Position numbers and translations under genes: made by a program. A stretch of DNA of 32,000 bases from Candidatus Nanopusillus acidilobi (GTDB lineage: Archaea > Nanobdellota > Nanobdellia > Nanobdellales > Nanobdellaceae), in assembly GCA_001552015.1 (NCBI GenBank), contig CP010514.1, positions 570,001 through 602,000 of the forward strand, written 5' to 3'. The notes beneath the pieces are model-generated. The model was not told the origin of the DNA. It searched no databases and was given only the letters and a program-made list of their open reading frames with translations. Shown piece after piece: positions 28,042 to 32,000 of this stretch; position 1 is the stretch's first letter; every line of letters begins with the position of its first letter.

Positions 28042-28974
28042 CTAATGAGTTTCCCAGCCAACAGTTTTTTCAAATCCTAAAATTTTCTTAATATAACTTT
28101 CTAACAATAATTTTTCTTTATTTGTTATTTTACATAAATTATGGGCCATTTTTAATCCTCTTGGATAAGATTTCTGATCATAAATAACTTCTTTTATTAT
28201 TTCTTTAAATTTTTCTTTTCCAATTTTTTCCATTCCTTCTAATCTATATATATGATCATTATATCTTGCCCTAAAGTATATTAAATATAAATTTTTGTTA
28301 CAAAATGGACAATTTGGAATTTTTGAACCTAAAAATTCTTTTATTTGTTTTTCTTTAATATCTGTATAAAATATTTCTGATGGAAAAATTCTCATCAATG
28401 TTAGTAAATCTGATCTACCTGTTTTTATTATATCTAAATTTAATATTCTCTTTGCAACTGCCAATAAATTTCCATTATTTATTAAATATTCAAAGTTTTC
28501 TAAAAATTCTTTTCTTCTATTTTCAACATTCTCATCATAAAAATTATACAGAAATTTTGAATATAATATGGAATCTGATATTATTGATCCATCTATAAAT
28601 ATATATCTATCAGAATATTTTCTTGCCAATCTATATTCTAAATTTTTTGATAATAATTCTGAAATATCTTGAATGTCGAAATTTTCATTATTCATCGATC
28701 TTATAAAAGATGTTTCGAAAAATTCTATATCTTCTATACTTTCATATATATCATCAGAAACAATTACTGCTCTTGAATATACATAACTATAAGGTCCGAC
28801 AATACCATTTACAAGAGAAGAGTCTATAAATCCATATTTTTTCTTTTCTTTTATCTCAATATTATCCAAATCTAATTTTTCAATATTAATTTTTTCTTCC
28901 TTATTATTTTCTTCATCTTTTTTTATTTGATTGATTTTTTGATTTATCTTTTCTAATAAATTTTTTGTTAACAT
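28042..28974 (-). CDS. Probable NurA-domain nuclease-like protein
   Basis: 310 aa: YGFIDSSLVNG...SYVYSRAVIVSDD, RYIFIDGSIISDS, AVAKR...TGRSDLLTL, SYPRGLKMAHNLCKITNKEKLLLESYI. Family call by motif resemblance only. Confidence 0.6.
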   Translation of the reverse strand: MLTKNLLEKINQKINQIKKDEENNKEEKINIEKLDLDNIEIKEKKKYGFIDSSLVNGIVGPYSYVYSRAVIVSDDIYESIEDIEFFETSFIRSMNNENFDIQDISELLSKNLEYRLARKYSDRYIFIDGSIISDSILYSKFLYNFYDENVENRRKEFLENFEYLINNGNLLAVAKRILNLDIIKTGRSDLLTLMRIFPSEIFYTDIKEKQIKEFLGSKIPNCPFCNKNLYLIYFRARYNDHIYRLEGMEKIGKEKFKEIIKEVIYDQKSYPRGLKMAHNLCKITNKEKLLLESYIKKILGFEKTVGWETH

Positions 28975-29010
28975 AAAAATATTTTTATATTAAATTATAT
29001 TAAATATGTA

Positions 29011-29070
29011 TCCCCCGCTTAGACGAACCAATATGAAAAGATGAGTATTGGTAACGATGGGCGGGGGACA
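29011..29070 (+). ncRNA. Probable H/ACA-type pseudouridylation guide sRNA
   Basis: Lower stem CCCCCGC (29012-29018)/GCGGGGG (29061-29067); internal pocket strands TTAGACGAA and TAACGATGG; upper stem CCAATA/TATTGG; TGA...GATGAG K-loop-like apical loop; ACA immediately after the lower stem (29068-29070), 16 nt below the upper stem. TATA-like TTTTATAT centred ~25 nt upstream. Confidence 0.85.
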
Positions 29071-29075
29071 TTTAT

Positions 29076-29159
29076 GCCGCGGTGCCCGAGCGGACCAAGG
29101 GGTATGGCTGGAGACCATATCCCCGAAAGGGGACGTGGGTTCAAATCCCACCCGCGGCG
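29076..29159 (+). tRNA. tRNA-Ser (GGA)
   Basis: Acceptor GCCGCGG/CCGCGGC, G73, anticodon loop CTGGAGA, long variable arm with CCCCGAAAGGGG. Confidence 0.95.
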
Positions 29160-29295
29160 GATTTTGCTTAAACTATTTTCATCTGTAAGTAAATTATTAA
29201 TTACGTAAATCTTTAGTTAAAACCATACACTATAGGCAATCTATCTTAAAGGTGATAAAGTAAAATTTATAAATGTTTACTATTATTATTATTAT

Positions 29296-30102
29296 ATGGT
29301 CATGACAACAATAAAAGATACATTTCAAAAGGCTACGAATCCATTTCGTAAAGCAATAGATGATAGATGGCAGTATCTTTCAGATGACGATAGAAGAGAA
29401 ATAGCAAGATATCTAGCAGATAAGAAAGATATAATAGAACGTTACTTTTATACTATCAATAAGAATAATAGTGATAAAGTACTAGATTCTATTGAACAAT
29501 TTGCACGTCTTAAAGGATCTTCTATAGATCTACCTACTATATCTCAGTATTTTGATATGCTAGAAAACCTTGATAAAATAATAGAAGAAATAGATAAAGG
29601 TTTCTTCAATTCTTTACCCAAATATAATAATGTAGTAAAACCAAACAACTATTATATGGAAATCGCATTTGACATAGATGGAAATCCAAAAGATCAAAAA
29701 GGAACTTTAGTTGATATATTAAAAAAGCTAATAGGAAACGTCGGAGCTAGAGGTTATCCTATATCTTATTATAACGGAACTGACAACTTTCCAATACAAT
29801 ATTATATGGAATTCTATCCAGATCGAACTCACATAAGAATTTTCATTCATACATCCTATATACCCCCAGCTATAGTAGGTTATTTACTTTATGAGCTAAA
29901 CAATATTAAAGGAAAAGAATCAATAATACCTCCAAGCGGACAACAATATCATATTATTAATAATGTAGCAGGAATTATTAATAATCGCATAGGAATAGAC
30001 ATAGATCAACGTATAGCTTCTTATGCCGGCCAAGCTCTTTGGCAATATAGTTTCTTATATAGATTTTTTAGGGTAGAAGAAATTCCGTATTGGATTACTT
30101 AA
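29296..30102 (+). CDS. Orphan hypothetical protein (268 aa), compositionally distinct
   Basis: Intact ORF starting MVMTTIKDTFQKATNPFRKAIDDRWQYL. Uses six CGN Arg codons, which are rare in the neighbouring AGA-dominated genes. Confidence 0.75.
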   Translation: MVMTTIKDTFQKATNPFRKAIDDRWQYLSDDDRREIARYLADKKDIIERYFYTINKNNSDKVLDSIEQFARLKGSSIDLPTISQYFDMLENLDKIIEEIDKGFFNSLPKYNNVVKPNNYYMEIAFDIDGNPKDQKGTLVDILKKLIGNVGARGYPISYYNGTDNFPIQYYMEFYPDRTHIRIFIHTSYIPPAIVGYLLYELNNIKGKESIIPPSGQQYHIINNVAGIINNRIGIDIDQRIASYAGQALWQYSFLYRFFRVEEIPYWIT

Positions 30103-30283
30103 AATATCATAAAGAATTTTAGAAATCAGAAACAACTTTTTCAGTATTTCAGATAAAAATTTTTTAATTTCTTAAAATATTGTCAGAACTTATATCTTCT
30201 TCTTTAATTAAATCTAAATTGTTTTATTAAATACTTTGCTATAATTTTTATTTTTTAATAATTTTATAGATTATATATATTTT

Positions 30284-32000
30284 ATGACAGATCATTTTAA
30301 AGCAATATTTAAAACAGATCTTAATAGAAATCTCAATTTTACTGAAGAAACTATTGAAATTTTAGATAATAAAATTTCCATATATGATGATAATAAAAAC
30401 AAAATATTAGAAATCGATAATGTAGAAGAACTAAATATAGAATATGGAATAAGTATATGTAAATTAATTGCAATAGACAAAGATGGAAAAATATTTGAAG
30501 TTGCATATTTTACAAAGAAAAAAGCGGATAATATACAAAAAATTGTAGATGAATTTAATTTAAAAGTAAAAACGGAAATAATTGAAAAAGAAGAAAAGAA
30601 AAGATCTAAAAAAGAAATATATGGATTTTTAATACAAATTATTAAAAAATATAAGAAAGAACTTATCTTAATTACTATTATCTTTATTATAGGTACTATA
30701 ATAAGTCTAATTCCTCCTTATTTAACAGCTTTATTAATAAACGAGGTTCTTATATCAAAAATACCATCACTGGAAGTATTTCTTACAATAATTTTCTTAA
30801 TGCTAATATCTTCTATTATTTCTAGATTTTCATATTTAATAGGTAATTCTTTATTAAATATTACACAGACAAAAATCAGAAAGGGAATAAGAGAGTTATT
30901 ATTAGAACATATAATTTTTAATGATGTTTCTTTTATAGAAAAATACTCTCCTTCTACATTAATAGCAAGATATCAAACGGATATAGAGGAAATAGATGGT
31001 TTTATTGCATTTGATCTGCCTTTTATAATTATAGATACTTTAATGCTTGTTGGGACCCTTATTATACTTTTTTTATTATTACCATTTTTAGCAATACCTA
31101 TAATAATTGCAGCATTTGTTATTTTTGTTCTTTTCATAATTTATGAAAGAAAAATTAGAAGAATTGATAAAAAAGCAAGAATAAAGTCTGTAGATGCCGA
31201 AACTCAAGTAAATAATGTTCTAAGGAACTTTTATAGCATTAAGTTATTCTCAAAAGAAAAAGAAGAATATGAAAAAACAAAAAATATAATAAACTCTTGG
31301 TATTCGACAGATACTCAGGTAGGAAAACTTATTACAATAAGAGGTGAACTATTATTTTTAATAATAGATTTGATTACTGTTTTTATATGGTATATGGGTG
31401 GAATTTTTGTAATTAATAATCTAATTAAATTGGGTATATTGGTTGCTTTTGTAACTTATATTTTATATATTTATAGCCCACTCCAGACATATGAAAGGTT
31501 TTTTGGGGATATTCCAAAAGCTTTAGTTTCTGCTGAAAGAATATTAGAATTATTAGAAGATAAGCCAAAAATATTAAATAAAGAAAATGCTTTAAAACCA
31601 AATATGATTGATGAAATAAAATTTGTTAATGTTACTTTTGGATATGAACCAGGTTTTCCTGTATTAAAAAATATTTCTTTTACAATAAAACCTAAAGAAA
31701 AGGTTGCAATTGTTGGAAAAAATGGAGCTGGAAAGACAACAATTGCTAAATTATTATTAAGATTTTATGACATAAATGATGGAGAAATATTAATTGGAAA
31801 TACAAATATAAAAGATATAGATTTAAAATATCTTAGGGAAAAAATTTCATATTTATCACAAGAACCTGAAATTTTTAATAATACTATTAGATACAATATA
31901 TCTTATGGAAATCAAAATGCAAATGAAATAGAAATAATTAGAGTTTGCAAAATTGTAAATATACATGATGATATAATTAAATTACCTTTTGCATATGATA
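30284..32000 (+). CDS. ABC exporter (TM domain + nucleotide-binding domain) with extra N-terminal cytoplasmic domain; runs off the right edge
   Basis: Hand-translated from ATG at 30284: ~120-aa soluble N-terminus, six-TM-type region, FVNVTFGYEPGFPVLKNISFTI, Walker A IVGKNGAGKTTIAKLLLRFYD, ISYLSQEPEIFNNTIRYNISYG. No stop in window, hence absent from the ORF track. Confidence 0.92.
   Translation, partial: MTDHFKAIFKTDLNRNLNFTEETIEILDNKISIYDDNKNKILEIDNVEELNIEYGISICKLIAIDKDGKIFEVAYFTKKKADNIQKIVDEFNLKVKTEIIEKEEKKRSKKEIYGFLIQIIKKYKKELILITIIFIIGTIISLIPPYLTALLINEVLISKIPSLEVFLTIIFLMLISSIISRFSYLIGNSLLNITQTKIRKGIRELLLEHIIFNDVSFIEKYSPSTLIARYQTDIEEIDGFIAFDLPFIIIDTLMLVGTLIILFLLLPFLAIPIIIAAFVIFVLFIIYERKIRRIDKKARIKSVDAETQVNNVLRNFYSIKLFSKEKEEYEKTKNIINSWYSTDTQVGKLITIRGELLFLIIDLITVFIWYMGGIFVINNLIKLGILVAFVTYILYIYSPLQTYERFFGDIPKALVSAERILELLEDKPKILNKENALKPNMIDEIKFVNVTFGYEPGFPVLKNISFTIKPKEKVAIVGKNGAGKTTIAKLLLRFYDINDGEILIGNTNIKDIDLKYLREKISYLSQEPEIFNNTIRYNISYGNQNANEIEIIRVCKIVNIHDDIIKLPFAYD

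Noticed and set aside
30292-30480. Minus-strand 62-aa ORF
   Set aside because: Antisense to the N-terminus of the ABC exporter that runs off the window.
1-32000. CRISPR array or cas genes
   Set aside because: No regularly spaced repeats of ~24-40 bp and no cas-like proteins were seen.
1-32000. Transposase, integrase or IS element
   Set aside because: No recognisable recombinase motifs or terminal repeats; the orphan ORF at 29.3 kb is only suspected to be foreign.

Overview
The window reads as part of a small, very AT-rich, (hyper)thermophilic archaeal genome. GC-rich RNA genes stand out against AT-rich genes. Gene content, compactness and truncated genes fit a nanoarchaeon-like (DPANN) symbiont; this is inference, since no database search was possible. 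Left edge: partial 23S rRNA (minus strand) with no 16S next to it. Then come proS, an unassigned ~231-nt structured RNA, a probable Sec61-beta, a MinD-like ATPase, an N-terminal-only Dph2 fragment, a HAD phosphatase and a MoxR/vWA pair. Ribosomal genes follow (eL10/uL16-family, uL30, uS5, eL37, uL15, eL19, uL22, uS3), along with a GT2 transferase, hisS, a phosphoglycerate mutase, a B12-type ribonucleotide reductase, a phosphoesterase, a Nog1-like GTPase, Hsp20, MEMO1, an N-terminal-only gatE, a pilin/adhesin cluster, a NurA-like protein, an orphan ORF and an ABC exporter running off the edge. Five intact tRNAs are present (Glu, Leu, Ala, His, Ser). The strongest second-look items are: (1) a probable H/ACA guide RNA 5 nt upstream of tRNA-Ser, apparently co-transcribed; (2) the unassigned structured RNA at 4211-4441; (3) two adjacent pilin-like genes broken by three +1 frame changes at homopolymers, two of them at the same heptamer TCAAAAT; (4) N-terminal-only gatE and dph2; (5) tRNA-Glu with C instead of U at position 33; (6) a compositionally distinct orphan gene after tRNA-Ser.
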